64,000 bases of DNA from Eledone cirrhosa (GCA_964016885.1 OZ024760.1:5580001-5644000), one strand, 5' to 3'; counted from the stretch's first letter, positions 1 through 41,551 are shown. Translations and numbers: made by a program. The notes: generated by a model not told the origin, from the sequence alone.

Positions 1-385
1 CATGGTAGTGTAGTTCAGAGATGAGGGAGTTTCTCCAAGTAGAGCTGTTACTTCTCCTTCCTGAAGGGTCTTTGGAGTAATGTTACATGGTAGTGTAGTT
101 CAGAGATGAGGGAGTTTCTCCAGGTAGAGCTGTTACTTCTCCCGGAGATCTTTGGAGTATTGTTACATGATAGTGTAGTTCAGAGATGAGGGAGTTTATC
201 CAGGTAGAGCTGTTACTTCTCCAAATTGAGAGATCACAGCTCTGATACTACAGACATGTGGTTATAATGTTTCAGGAAAGAATCACTTGACCGATTTTAT
301 GGGCAAAACCCAACTGGCAGGAGACCCGGGCGAAGGAACCCCGCTCTCCTGAGCAAGACGATTGGAAAATATTCATGAGCTTAGC
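1..385 (+). mobile_element. RTE/Rex3-like LINE 3' relic with a 3x internal tandem duplication (~80 bp)
   Basis: Homologous to 32345-32865 and 48890-49600 (caggtagagctgttacttctcc, gagagatcacagctc, gcaaaaccaactggc). Confidence 0.7.
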
Positions 386-789
386 TTTTTCTCTTCTTTC
401 TTTCTGCTCATTTCTTTACTTTCCTTCCTTTTTACCTTCTCCTTCTTCCCCTATCATCTCCGTTCTCCATCTTCTATCATCTCCCCTATGTCTATCTTCT
501 CAGTCCTCTATCATCTCCTCTCGTCAACTGCCAATCAATATTTAATTAACATTGTTATAGACCCACCAGACTTAATGTAATGTCCATTAGCTAATTACAG
601 GAGAAAAACTAAATAAAATTAAATCAGCCACCCCCTACTACATTCCCCCACCACTACACTACTCCCTAGATTACACCCCACACACACATAACAGTACCCG
701 CACCACCACACTACACCACTATACTACACCACCCACACTACATTACCTCATCACTATACCATACTACACCAGTACATTACACTATATTA

Positions 790-1921
790 CCCACACTACA
801 CCACCACCACACTACACCACCACCTCCACACTACACCACCACCACCACACTACACCACCACCACCACACTACACCACCACCTCCACACTACACCACCACC
901 ACCACCACCACACTACACCACCACCACCACCACACTACACCACCACCACCACACTACACCACCACCACCACACTACACCACCACCACCACACTACACCAC
1001 CACCTCCACACTACACCACCACCACTACACCACCACCACCACCACCACCACACTACACCACCACCTCCACACTACACCACCACCACCACCACCACACTAC
1101 ACCACCACCACCACACTACACCACCACCACCACACTACACCACCACACTACACCACCACCACCACACTACACCACCACCTCCACACTACACCTACACCAC
1201 CACCACCACCACACTACACCACCACACTACTACACCACCACCACCACACTACTACACCACCACCACCACCACACCACACTACACCACCACCTCCTCCACA
1301 CTACACCACCACCACCACCACACTACACTACACCACCACCACCACACTACACCACCACACTACACTACACTACACCACACCACCACCACTAGTAGTGGTG
1401 GTGGTGGTTTTAGTGGTGTGGTGGTTGTTGTGGTTGTTGTGGTGGTGGTTTTAGTGGTGTGGTCGTTGTTGTGGTGGTGGTGTAGTGTAGTGTAGTGTGG
1501 TGGTGTAATGGTGGTGTAGTGTGGTGGTGGTTGTAGTGTGGTGTGGTGTGGTGTAGTGTAGTGTAGTGTGGTGTAGTGTAGTGGTGGTGTAGTGTAGTGT
1601 GGTGGTGGTGTAGTGTAGTGTGGTGGTGGTGTAATGTAGTGAGGTGCTGGTGTAGTGTAGTGTGGTGATGTAGTGTAGTGTGGTGATGTAGTGTAGTGTG
1701 GTGTGGTGCTGGTGTAGTGTAGTGTGGTGTGGTGCTGGTGGTGGTGTAATGTAGTGAGGTGCTGGTGTAGTGTAGTGTGGTGGTGTAGTGTAGTGAAGTG
1801 GTGGTGTAATGTAGTGAGGTGCTGGTGTAGTGTAGTGTGGTGATGTAGTGTAGTGTGGTGCTGGTGTAGTGTGGTGCTGGTGTAGTGTAGTGTAGTGAAG
1901 TGGTGGTGTAGTGTGGTGGTG
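790..1921. repeat. (ACC/ACTAC)n microsatellite abutting its reverse complement (GTAGT/GGT)n
   Basis: Strand switch at ACTAGT near 1388-1393. Confidence 0.9.
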
Positions 1922-3992
1922 GATAAACATTACCATTTCCTTTACATGAGATATACAACAACAACAACAACAACAACAATCAATGACTTATAGAAAGAAG
2001 AAAAAGAAGAGAGTAAAGAAGAAGTAGTGAAGTAGCCAGCCATAAGTGGGGAGGGACAAGCCCTTGTCCCTTCATTGTCCTCCAACAATTCTGACAAACT
2101 TAGATAAAGTAAACTTTCACCTTTAAATCTTTCTGCTGTGATTTCATTGGAGAATCTCATCATTTCTGGATGAGCAAGTTCTTCAACTTCTCTAATCCCT
2201 GCCATGTTATCATCATCATCATCATCATCATTGTCTTCATCGCTGACATCATCATCATCGTCATCGTCATCAACATTGTCATTGTCATCATCGCTGACAT
2301 CATCATCGTTGTCATCATTTATCGTCATCTTCGTCATCTTCATCATCGTCTTCGTCATGATTGTCTCTGTCATCATCATCATCATCGTCGTCGTCTTCAT
2401 TATGTTCATCACTGGCATCATTGCCACTATCACCATCACCATTTTCATCATCATCACTGGCATCATCATTGTCATCATTACCATTGTCGTCGTCATCATC
2501 ATCATCATCATCATCACCGGCTTCATCATCCTTATCATCATCACTAGCATCATCATTGTCATCCTCCTCCTCATCACCACCACCATCACCACCACCATCA
2601 CCACCATCACCACCACCATCACCACCACCATCACCACCACCATCACCATCATCACCACCACCACCATCATCACCATCATCACCATCATCATCATTAGAAC
2701 TTCTTTAGCCATGCCAAAGACATGACAACCTCCCAGGTGTTGGTGCCATGGTAAAATAGCCTCAGTAGAGTGTGGTAATGTATGTAAGAAAGATGTAGGC
2801 CCCTCGTTGACCTTTCTGAGAGGTCAGTACCTTCATTTAGTCCTCTAGCACTTACATTACTCTGTATTTACTGTTGTATTTTCACAGAAAATGCTTTACC
2901 TCACATAATTATCTCACATAGTATTGAATCTATGAGATAACAAAATGCTTTGCAGCTTAAAGTTACAGCCCTTTACATTCTGAGTTCAAATCCCACTGAG
3001 GTTAACTTTGCCTTTCATCCTTACGGGGTCGATAAAATAAAGTACCAGTGATGCACTGGGGTTGATTTCGTCGATTTTCCCCTCCCCCCAAAATTGCCGG
3101 CTTTGTGCCCAAAGTAGAAACAATTATTTATTTTGAGAACAATACCTTAACGTCAGTATGAGTGGCCAGCTACAGCCGGTTTGAATAGAAAGATGTGAAC
3201 GAATTCTGGTTGGATATAGCTGGTGTAAATGCTAAAGGGTTAACTACAGACTTGGTCTGTGATGACCTGTCCAACCCTTGCTAGCAGGGAACACGTTAAA
3301 TGATGATGATGATGATGATGATGCTGATGATGATATGGAAATGATATAATGTTGGTGATGATGATTAAGTGGTGATGGAGGTGATAGAGGTGATGGTGGT
3401 GGTGGTGAAGACAATATTGTGATGGAGGTTGTGGTGGTGATGATGATATGGTGATAGAGGTGGTGGTGATGATGGAGCTGATGATGAAATAACTACTGGC
3501 TTGCTTCACTTGTTGTTGATGATGATGATGATGATGAAATAATTGTAGTACTGAGTAATATTTCTTCACTGGATAGTAATGATGATGATGATGATGAGTT
3601 AAAGTATGATTTAGGCTGACTTTCCTCTACACACATATAATGATGGCTGCAACTCTGATAAAAGTATAGCAATCACTTGTCAGATTATAGAGTTTGGTGC
3701 AGTTTTAGGCTATGGCCAGCCACACGAACCTGTAAACATATCCTGAACAAACAATGTCTGTGCTTTGAAGTTTTTTTATGTGGGGAAAGGCCTTCCACTC
3801 GACCAATCCCACTCTCTGAGCATTGAAAACACTACCCAAAAAGGAGAACTGGTCAACATCTTTGGATGCTTCTGAAGCTGCAGGTTTTTTGGGGGGTTTT
3901 TTTTCAGAGTATCCCTCTCCTAGAAAGGTGATGAGACAACAACTAGGGGCCTTTCACTCTCAGGGCACATAGATATCCACACATATGTGTGT

Positions 3993-4038
<46 letters not shown>

Positions 4039-5096
4039 ACACATACATACGTACATACACACACACATATGTGTGTGTGTATGTGTGTGTATGTGATGAT
4101 GAGGAGTTAAAGTATGATTTAAGTCCTGGCTGACTCTCCTACACATACATATATACACATATATACACACACACACACATACACACATACCTACACACAC
4201 ACACATACACACATGTCTAATCTGTGAGATTAGATAAATGACAAACAAGCACATTTGTTGAAATAAACCTGATCAATAGTCATTGTCTTATCTGACTAAC
4301 ATTACCACCACTACTACTGCTACCACCACCACCACTACCACTACTACTGTTACCACCACCACCACTACTACTACTGCTACCACTACTACTGTTACCACCA
4401 CCACTACTACTACTGCTACCACCACCACCACTATTACTACTAATGATGATGCTACTATTACTGGTACCAACACCACCACTACTACTACTGATGATGCTAC
4501 TACCACTACAGATATCACTACCACTACTGGTACCACTACCACCACCACTACTACTACCACTGTTTAAAACATTACTGTGGTCTTATGTAAACATTGTGTG
4601 GGTGGGAGAAGGGGGGGGGGTGTTTATTTAAACAGCTGAGCAATAACTCATTGGTCAGCTAACACTACCTATTACTAATTAATACACATCATCATCATCA
4701 TCATCACCATCATAGAAAATGGGTATTAAATGATTATATATATATATATCTTTAAGTTTTTATATATCTTTTATTATTCCACAATGCTTCAAGCAAACTT
4801 CAATACTCTCATATATATATATATATATATCATCATCATAATTCTACGTCCGCTTTTCCTTGCTTGCAAGGGTGGGACGGGTCCTATTTTTTGGGGGACA
4901 CCTTGTGTGTGTGTATGTATGTATGTATATATATATATATATAATGTAGGAGGTGAGTTTTATTGTAGTACAATAAAGCAATGCAGATATCGGATAAGAA
5001 GCACTCTACAGTTTGTAGGACTGGAGTATACATAATATGTTGATTTAAAACTGCACTATCCACAAGTGTTTTTTAGCCTTCATATCATGTTCTCCT

Positions 5097-5165
5097 GTTT
5101 TATCTGATGAAAACACAAATATTATTGCATGATGATGTTTGTTTTTGAAATGCGCATAATAAAAT
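5097..5165 (+). ncRNA. Type I hammerhead ribozyme motif (Penelope/retrozyme-like)
   Basis: ttttat-CTGATGA(5104-5110)-stem II acaaatattat/atgatgtttgt-GAAA(5147-5150)-palindromic stem III ATGCGCAT-A-ataaaa. Confidence 0.75.
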
Positions 5166-5197
5166 ACATGGAACTCCTTTAACTATCTTTTGATCTT

Positions 5198-5234
<37 letters not shown>

Positions 5235-5831
5235 TCACACTCACACTCACACACACACATGCACAGCATCATCATCATTTAACATCAGCATAAAAAACAG
5301 ATGTTAAAGGATTATATACTCATGCACAGATACACGACTGCACTCATATATATATATATATATACATACATACACACACATATACGCACATACAAATACG
5401 CATATATTCATATACATAAACACACACACATATACATAGATATTTATAGAGAGATTTATATATACACATACACATATACATGTGTATATAGTAGAGAGGT
5501 AACGAGTTGTTGGTGTGGTGGGAGATGGGAATTAGTCAATCACTTGTGGATCATTTGATTGATCTGATTGGTTGGTCCATTTGTTTTTCCTCTCTAAATA
5601 ATAACCATCACCACCTCACCACCATCACCACCACCATCACCATTGACTGTTATTATTGCTGTAAATTTTATCAGAGTAACTTGCTGCCTGCCTTACTGTT
5701 GGTATCTCATCACTCTCACACATACCTTTAGTTATTATATACTGCAGAGAGTTAGTTACAGTAGATCTACAATTCTATCTATTGATCTATCTGTCTATCT
5801 GTCTATACAGCTAGCTATTTTATTCATACAC

Positions 5832-5910
<79 letters not shown>

Positions 5911-6021
5911 AAATTTAGTAGAAATAGCTTTCATTTTTTTTTTTTTTTTTTTACTTAAGAAATTTTAGCCTGATTGTGGGGTTTAAAAACTAACTTACTT
6001 GTCATATATATATCTATCTAT

Positions 6022-6168
6022 CTAAGGCGGGTAAAATTCCCGAGATCCATGGACGAGTTCTCTCCAGCGGTCTCTGTCCCTCATTATCGCTGCCATATCC
6101 TGCATCTCCAACAGACCAGTGTCTGTCCTTAGGGCATCAACATACGTTAACCTTGGTCTACCTCTTCT
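6022..6168 (-). mobile_element. LINE (RTE-like) 3' terminal fragment
   Basis: Minus frame RRGRPRLTYVDALRTDTGLLEMQDMAAIMRDRDRWRELVHGSREFYPP* followed by a (TAGA)n tail. Confidence 0.75.
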
Positions 6169-6493
6169 ATATATATAAACACACAAATATACATACACAT
6201 ATATATATATATTAAGATAATTGTAACAAGTAATGTGTTATTTACTGACCTATATCACTGCCAGGTCGAGATTTGACACTCAACATGTTGGCCTAAAAAT
6301 GTAATTAATTTCTCTTGTTTTTCACAATCACCCTTGCCCTATTGGTGAGGTCTGCTATGTAACGAAAAGGGCCAGTATTGAAGGAGTTAAGTAGTGTTTA
6401 TATATATGTTAACATTGGTATAATGACCCTTACCTTATAGTAAGGTTCGCTTATACAGTAGAAAGGGCCATTAGTATTCAAGAAGTTAAGTAG

Positions 6494-6895
6494 TATATAT
6501 ATTGTTTATATGTAGCCGATCTCTTGGACTTTTACGAAACGCTGAGAGGATAAAGTTATGTATATATATATTGTTTATATATAGCCGATCTCTTGGACTT
6601 TTACGAAACGCTGAGAGGATAAAGTTATGTATATATATATTGTTTATATGTAGCCGATCTCTTGGACTTTTACGAAGCGCTGAGAGGATAAAGTTATGTA
6701 TATATATTGTTTATATGTAGCCGATCTCTTGGACTTTTACGAAGCGCTGAGAGGATAAAGTTATGTATATATATTGTTTATATGTAGCCGATCTCTTGGA
6801 CTTTTACGAAGCGCTGAGAGGATAAAGTTATGTATATATATTGTTTATATGTAGCCGATCTCTTGGACTTTTACGAAGCGCTGAGAGGATAAGTT
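6494..6895. repeat. Tandem repeat, ~67-bp unit x6
   Basis: gccgatctcttggacttttacgaagcgctgagaggataaagtt at 6514, 6584, 6653, 6720, 6787, 6854; single related copy at ~45090. Confidence 0.92.
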
Positions 6896-6953
6896 AATAT
6901 AAATTGTGGTGTGCTCATGTGCTTAGATGCGATAAAATAGCTTATAAAATAGG

Positions 6954-6988
<35 letters not shown>

Positions 6989-7749
6989 GAGGGTGTTTTA
7001 CATATAGGGTGTTATACATTGGTATAGTGAGAATGATGAGTGCCACGGATCTCCTCTGTGGGACGTTGTGCCACGGGTGGCTATGTCATGGAGAATTACG
7101 TAACCAGCAACAAGATTGGGGAAATATGAAATGTGGACGTTTTCATTGGTAAGACTATATAAATACCACCATTGTCATCGTCAACACCACCACCACTATC
7201 AACACCACCACCACAACTATCATCAACACCACCATCATCACCACCACAACTATCATCACCACCACCACCACCACCACCATAACTATCACCACCACCACTG
7301 TCATCACCACCACCACCACCACCACCATAACTATCATCAACACGACCATCATCATCGTCAACACCACCACCACAACTATCATCATCACCACCATCACCAC
7401 CATAACTATCATCAACATCACCACCATCACCACCATAACTATCATCATCACCACCATCACCACCATAACTATCATCATCACCACCATAACTATCATCACC
7501 ACCACCATCACCACCATAACTATCATCATCACCACCACAACTATCATCATCAACACCACCACCATAACTATCAACACCACCATCATAACTATCATCACCA
7601 CCACCATCACCACCACAACTATCATCATCATCATCACCACCAACATCACCACCACAACTATCATCAACACCACCATCATCATGTTTTCCTCACTCAGCTT
7701 CTACCACTGAAGATATATTACATTGTCAGCAGTTGACAAGACAGTAAAT

Positions 7750-7872
7750 ATCTGACAATACCTTTCTCAGGCCATGTGAGGTGCCAGTCAGCACTATTTT
7801 CTGTATCTCTTGCACAGATTGCTTTGCCCGTATCTGGTCCAAATATTTTTCAGTTCCCTTTTTTATCATTCG
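7750..7872 (-). mobile_element. Dong/R4-like LINE C-terminal relic
   Basis: MIKKGTEKYLDQIRAKQSVQEIQKIVLTGTSHGLRKVL resembles the end of an REL-endonuclease LINE ORF. Confidence 0.7.
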
Positions 7873-8827
7873 ACTCTTCCCTCCCCCTAAAATTACTGGC
7901 CTTGTGCCTATACTAGAAATCATTATTTCCATTATTATTAAAGTACCAGGGTAATTGGGGTAATTGCTGGCCTTGTGCCTAAAGTAGAGACAATTATTTT
8001 GAGTTCAAATCCCGCCGAGGTTGACTTTGCCTTTCATCCTTACGGGGTCGTTAAAATGAAAGTACCAGTAATGCACTGGGTAATTTGCTGGCCTTGTGCC
8101 TAAAGTAGAAACATTTGAAAAGGAAAATCAGGGTAGAGAGGGAAGTGCTCTCTTCCCAGCATTTTGTTGAAAGATGGGTGAGAGAAGCAAGTATGGCCCG
8201 AGTGAATGGGCCTACTCTGAGTACGTATCTGTAAATTAAAGGTGGAAAACTGGGAGAGGGCACTTGCCTTGGTGGTCAGGGTCACTGTGGCCTTTTACTG
8301 GGATTTCTCCACAAATGTGCCTCCAAAGTCTCCCCCCTATTGGGGAATTTTTCATTGTTATTTTTTTGTTACATCCTCTGTTTTTGTTTTTTACACGCAG
8401 AAATGCCCATTTGTACCGTCCTGTATTGTCCTGCACTGTCCTTAATGTCTACTTTATGTAAACCCTTGTGGTTAATAAAGAAATCATTATTATTTTTATT
8501 GGAGGGCGTCGGACGCCATGCTTTGCAGCATAGGGTTACGGCCCTTTATGATCTGAGTTCAAATCCCGCCTAGGTTAACTTTGCCTTTACATCCTTACAG
8601 GGTCGATAAAATAAAGTACCAGTCACGCACTGGGGTCGATTTAATCAACTTTCCCCTCCTGCAAAATTGCTGGCCTTGTGCCTCTGCAAGAAACTATTAT
8701 TATTTTTATTGTGCATTATTACTGCTTTACCAAGCACGGTTGTGTGCACCTTCGGTATGAGCAGTGCAGTGTTTGCTGTTGTTGTTTTTATTGCATTGAT
8801 AGTACTTTGCATAATGTGCGCAGTGCC

Positions 8828-8879
<52 letters not shown>

Positions 8880-8883
8880 TCAG

Positions 8884-34688
<25,805 letters not shown>

Positions 34689-35800
34689 CTATATTGAGCG
34701 AAGGAGAGGAGGGGTTAGACACTTTGAAGAACTCAATGCATGCACATCAGGCAGTCAGTCAGTTCCATATTCCATCTACTTAAATAACCATACAACTATA
34801 TATATAATATATTATATTATATATAATATATTATATTATATATATATGATATATATTATATATATATATAATATATATATTATATATAATATATTATATT
34901 ATATATAATATATTATATTATATATATATAATATATATTATATATATATATATATGATATATATATAATATATTATATATATATATGATATATATTATAT
35001 ATATATAATATATATTATATATACATACATACATATATAATTTTTTTTTTTTAAATACAAACAAACAACAAAAGAACAATACAACAAGACAACAGAATGA
35101 AATCCAACCAACTGGAACCATTACTGATGTATGACCGACAGACCGGAACATGCTGTTGTCATTTTGTTGTTGTTGTGCTTGTTGTTGTTGTTTTTTTTTT
35201 TCTCTTATCAATCCAAAGAAAAAGGATAAAAGAAAGAAATCTTGTTTTTGACTGATTTAACAGAAACAAGGATGACACTTTGATGAGGAAGAGGAAGAGA
35301 AGGAAGATAATAATAATAATAACAATAATAATAATGGTTATTTCTTCATTGGCCACAAGGGCCAACATATGGGGGGGGCTGGGCAATACAACAACAATAA
35401 CAACAACAACAATAATAATAATACCAGTTTTTTTTTTTCTGTGCATTTGATGTTTGGGAGAAAGTATGGAAGGAAGGAAAGAAGAAAGGAATTTTAAAAG
35501 GAAAGAAAAGAAAGTAACCACCAATAACAACAACAACAACACTTTCATAACTTATTTTCCTTCCTTTTTTCTTTTTATTCCAGTCAATATTTTTTATCTT
35601 TTTTGGAAGGAGGGGGTGTCTCAAAAAAAAAAGAAAGAAACTAAACCCTTTTGACAAATTTCCTGTGGTCAATTTTGGCAAAATGGTCAAAGGAAGTTTC
35701 TCTCTTTCTCTCTCTCACACACTTAATATTTTTTTCTCTCTCATTCTCTCTCCCCCTTCCAACAGTTATTTTTTTCTCTCTTCATTTTAAAAAACAACAC

Positions 35801-35864
<64 letters not shown>

Positions 35865-35929
35865 ACTGCTATCATTGCATGAGTTTTCCTTTGTTTTTTT
35901 TTATATATATATTGGATATTTTTTTTTTA

Positions 35930-35975
<46 letters not shown>

Positions 35976-36260
35976 TTCTTACCTGTCCCCTTTTCTTTGC
36001 GGCTGAGAATATAGAAGGGAGATGCTGATGTTAATGTTGATGATGATGATGATAATGATGATAATGAGTGTTGTTGGTGATGATGATGAATAATGGTGGT
36101 GGAGATGTTAGTGATGATAGTGATGATGTGTGGACTGACTTGGGTCGAATTTGACAAATGAAGGAAAACAACAAAAAAGAAAATCAATCAAAATTTAAAG
36201 ATGTATTTATTTTTTTTTTTTTATATTATATTTGAAGAGAAACCGGAGTATTTTGACATT

Positions 36261-36303
<43 letters not shown>

Positions 36304-36459
36304 GCTATTATTATTATTATTTACTGTTTTCATCTTTTACTGTATCTACACATTGATTCCATATATGTATAAGGACTTACATACAATTACATGCATGCAA
36401 GCATATTATACTTATACACATACATACAGACATATATAAATATACAAGTTTATATATAT

Positions 36460-36511
<52 letters not shown>

Positions 36512-37044
36512 CCCTGGTACCCCAATGACTGTTGAATTATATTCAAATCAAGATTTGTCTGTAGTGGTGGTCACTAAAAATTACACTGACCAATTGACAA
36601 AATGACACAGACTGATATGTTAAAAAGACAAAATGAAAATTATTTTAGAATTTGCCACCATGGCGGGGTGTAATGGGTGGGGGGAGGTCACTAAAAATAT
36701 AAAATGTGTGTTTAGATTAGAAACTAAAATAAGTTGTGGTCTTGTTTCTGGTTCTGAAAGTGAAGTATGATCTTGATGAGGGTTTAGTAGAGGCTCTGTA
36801 GAGGTAGTCACTATGATGGGATGATCCACTCTTCTGAAGTGACAGTAGGGGTGGTAACATAATGATGGTATGTCTACCTTTCTAAAGTGACAGTAGGGTT
36901 GGTAACATAATAATGGTATGTTCGCTCTTCTGAAGTGACAATGGTTGTTGTGGTTGACTGAAGAAACAAAATCTTCAAACTATTTCCTTTAATCTTCTTC
37001 AAATTCTTTGGTATATTTTTGGTGCTAATTTTATATTGTTCCAG

Positions 37045-37079
<35 letters not shown>

Positions 37080-40000
37080 TTGCCCCAATATCACTTCTTT
37101 GAAGAATCTAACAGAAAACCAAATTTCCAATTACCCCAACTGAAGGTTTCGTCCTATTTTGGACAGTGCAAGATTTTAATTTTTTTGCAGTTCCTTTTTT
37201 ACATTAATTAGTGAACTCTGTAATTTGGTAGGCATTGTGAAGTGAAGAGCATCCAGCCATAGAAAACCAAGCCAAAAATAAAACCTGTGAGCAAGACACA
37301 GTTACCTGATGTGTCTGGCCTTGCTTGTTTAACCCACGCAAGCGTGGAAAACAGACGTTTAACTTTGGTTTTTAATTATTACACATTAGTAGCTTGAAAA
37401 ATAGATGTTGTTTGAATCATATCTGCCAAAATTTAACATTCCAAATCAAAAACATTTTAATGTGAGTGGGAGAAACTCTTCAACTGTATCAAAGACATGT
37501 CTGTCTCTCCCTAGAACTAGTGCTGGTGTCATGATAAACTCAATAAAATGCACCTGGTGTACTCTGTAAAGTGTAGGAATGAATATATATATAAAGATAT
37601 AAAGAAAGGCAAAAAAACACAACTGCAACACCTAGTGGTAGGGTATACCTTCCTCTATACCCACTCTGCTTCTTCCCATGCTTTCTGTACTACCCTTATT
37701 TGCGGTATCCCTGGTGCCGGCACCAAGATGTACTCTACATTCAAATCCTGCTGGAGTCAGCATTGCCTTTCAGAGGTCAGTAAAATAAAGTCCCAACCAA
37801 AGAGTGGTGGACTGGAGTAGTTATTAGACCAATATACCAGTACTTAGCATTCGCTGACTAAATTCTGGCCAGGGATTAAAGTCCCACTGATGGTCAGTGG
37901 AGTTATATGGCTCAGTGGTTAGCATGTTAAGCTCATGATTGTAAAGGTCATAAGTTCGATTCCCAGACCAGGTGGCATGTGTTCATAAGCAAGACACTTT
38001 ATCTTATGTTGCCCCAGTCCACTCAGCTGGCAAAAAATGAGAGTTGTACCTGTAATTGAAGGGGGTAGCCAGCCAGACTTGTCTTCCTCCTCCTTCCTTG
38101 TTGACGGAATAACCAAAATATTGTCTTCTGTCTTCAAGAACTGCCATTAATTTGATTTGGACCATTTGGAATCACATTTCTAATGAAATTTACTGCCTAT
38201 CATCCATACTTACATCTGCTTTTCCATGCTTCCATATGTTGGGTGAATCTTTTCCAGCACGGCTTTCCTCCACTTCTGCCCAAGTCTTCCTCTTTCTGCA
38301 GCTCCCTTCCACTTGGAACACCTAGCACTTTTTTCACTCAAATAAACTGTGTCACCACCATAAGATATGTCGATGGTTTATTAAACTAAATTATATTACA
38401 ACCATCTCAGTGGTTTGCTGAAACTAAACAGTACCACCACCACCACAGTGGTTTGGTAAACTAAACAGTACCACCACCACAGTGGTTTGGTAAACTAAAC
38501 AGTACCACCACCACAGTGGTTTGGTAAACTAAATTATATCACCATAATCTCAGTGGTTTGCTAAACTATACCATCACCATGTCATTGGTTTGGTAAACTA
38601 AACTATACCACCACCACCACAGTGGTTTGGCAAACTAAATTGTACCACCATCACAATGGTTTGGTAAACTAAATGTAATTAGTTAAATCACCATTTCTTA
38701 GGTTTGCTTCAGGGAGAGAACACAGCCAAGAAATGAGGTGAAGAAATAAGTAAAAAAAAGAGAAAACCATCAAGATTATACCCCTAACTGTGTCCATTCA
38801 TGTCCAGTCAGACCCCAATCTATTAAGATTTCTGGGGAACAGTCTATCATATTGTTCTTGGATATCTCACCAAGGGAAAGAAGTCTACCCCATCCCTCAT
38901 TCTTTTGTTCTCTTACTGGTTTCAGTTGCTAGACTGCGACCATGCTGGAACACCACCTTGGCATTTTTGGGGGGTTGTTTTAATTTAACTTTTTCGATTC
39001 GATGATTTGCTGCAAAGTTTTTCATCAAACAATAGATTCCAGTTTTCGTCTCCCAAATTTCAAAAATTGAAAGTTTAAATTAAAATTTTTATTTTTCTGT
39101 ATGTTCTGGAATTAAGTTGTTAATTTTATTTGCCATCTCTAGACTTCTTCTCATCAACCAAATGACGTTATTTTAGGGATTAGAGGGGAGGTGATGGTGG
39201 TGGTGGTGCTGCTGGGGTGTGGCTTTCATTTCTTTCTTTTTTATTTTATTTTTATCTTCCTGTACACATTCTCTCTTCACCCCTTTCACCATGCACCTAT
39301 CCCGCCTGCTACAATTTTTTTTTTATTACCCTTTTACCTTTAAGTCTTTTAAACCACATCTTTGATATTTCAGCACCTTATTCTACTGCTTCCTGGACAA
39401 AATATAAAGTTGATCATCATTTCATCACTATTTTGGCAAGTTCTTTTCATGTTTTATCATCTCCTCTCTGAAGAGATCAGAATAAGACTAAAACATGTTC
39501 AGATAGAGTTGTCTCCATCAGTCGACAGAAAAAAAGGGAAAGTTGTTTAGTCATTATTCTGTTTTTGTTGGGGTTTATTTTATTTTATTTTATTTTTTTT
39601 TGCTTTAAATTTTCGTGGCACCACCTATGACCTTCACATTTGACAAACTTCATATATATATATGACAAACTTTATAGATATCTTTACATATATATATATA
39701 TATATACACACACACAAACGGACAAGACACTCCCAAAAAATTTTTTTTTTCTTTCTTTTCTTTCTTTTGAAATATTCTTTCAAGATGGTTTATAAACTAG
39801 TCAGGAAGAGTGGATTATCAGATTATCAGAATATAGTCATAATATCTTTGGAATATTGCTGCTGTTTATTATGTGTGGAAGGAAGGGGTGGATGGATGGG
39901 TGTATGGACAGATGATTGGAAGGAAGGATGGATGGTCAGAGAGACAGATGGATGAATGGATAAATAATATTAATAATAATAATAATAGTACACGTGAATT

Positions 40001-40565
40001 TGTTTTCATTTTCTGCATTATCTCCCCTTTTTGTACATTGTTTTTTTTTTTTCCCTTTTTTTTTTATTTCATGCAAAATGTATTAGCAATTTTTATATTT
40101 TAATTTTGAAATTTTGTGTAAATATGTCTGTATATATAGATATGAGTATATATGTATATACATGTATCTATATACTTGCATGTATATGCATATATACGCA
40201 TATATGTGTATATATAATATATATATATGTATATATATAATATATATATATATGTATATATATAATATATATATATATGTATATATATAATATATATATA
40301 TATGTATATATATAATATATATATACATACACATGTATATATGTATATGCTTATATACACACACACATAAATGTATATAAATTAGTAAGGAATATGTATT
40401 TTACTATTTCAACTTTGAGAATCTATAGAACTTTCCGGGGTTTTTATTGCTTTCTGTTAAATTTTCCAAAACCCAAATGTTGAGTGCTGGCCGCCACCAT
40501 TGAAAAGTCCTAATTTAAACTTTGTATGATAATTTAGGTTATATATATAATGTGTGCGTGCACAC

Positions 40566-40597
<32 letters not shown>

Positions 40598-40609
40598 TTG
40601 TATATATAT

Positions 40610-40641
<32 letters not shown>

Positions 40642-41551
40642 TTGTATATATATATATATATATATATTTATACACATAAATATATATATATATATATTTA
40701 TACACGTGTGTATGCACATATGCATGCCTATATATATATAATATATATAATTATATATATTTTAAATAATTTTTTACAGGGAAATTAACTGGTAGATTTA
40801 AGTAGTGATTAAATTTCTAAGTGGATCGGGTGGTTGTGGACAATTGACGTTAAACGATGATGATGATGCTACTAAGAGGTTCTTTGGGGTGTGTCTTAAT
40901 CTGCTGCCATTGTTTTGTTTCTGATGCAGCGGGGGAACAATTTACACCTGTGACTAACGAGCGTTCTGTCCAGCGGTGCAGGTGTGTTCTCTGTCTACCT
41001 GAGCCGTGTGGACCAAACGACAGCCTTGTTTGCTTCATGGAGTGACAGGAATTCAAATTCTGCCACAGTCAACTTTGCCTTTCATGGGGGTTGATGAAAT
41101 AAAATACCAGTCAAATACTGGGGTTTGAAGCTTGTGTGTGCGGGTGGGATGGGAAGGGGGTGAGAAGAAGAAAATACATTATTTGGTGATTAACGAAGGG
41201 ATGTATGTAACAAACACCATTTTGTTTTCTTTTCTCTGTAAATATATATGTCTATGTCTGTGTGTGTATATATGTTTGTATGTAATATATTTATGTATAT
41301 GTATATACATATATATCTGTGTAATGTATGTCTATCCACCCCTATTCATGATATCGTCAATACAACTTACATAACCACTTGCTAAGCCACTGAATATATG
41401 TATACACACATCTATACACACACATATATATATATATATATATGCGTGTGTGTGTGCGTGTGTGTTTGTGTATTTACAATATCTTTGTTGTAGATGGATG
41501 ACGGAGAAATTGACCAAATCTCCGTCAGAAAGCAATAACATGGAAAGATGA

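Noticed and set aside
1-8883. Cytohesin coiled-coil (upstream) exons
   Set aside because: No matching exon found by eye; presumed to lie upstream of the window.
41497-41530. SECIS-like AUGA hairpin
   Set aside because: Stem is fully Watson-Crick, lacks the GA/GA quartet geometry, and neither gene has an in-frame UGA.
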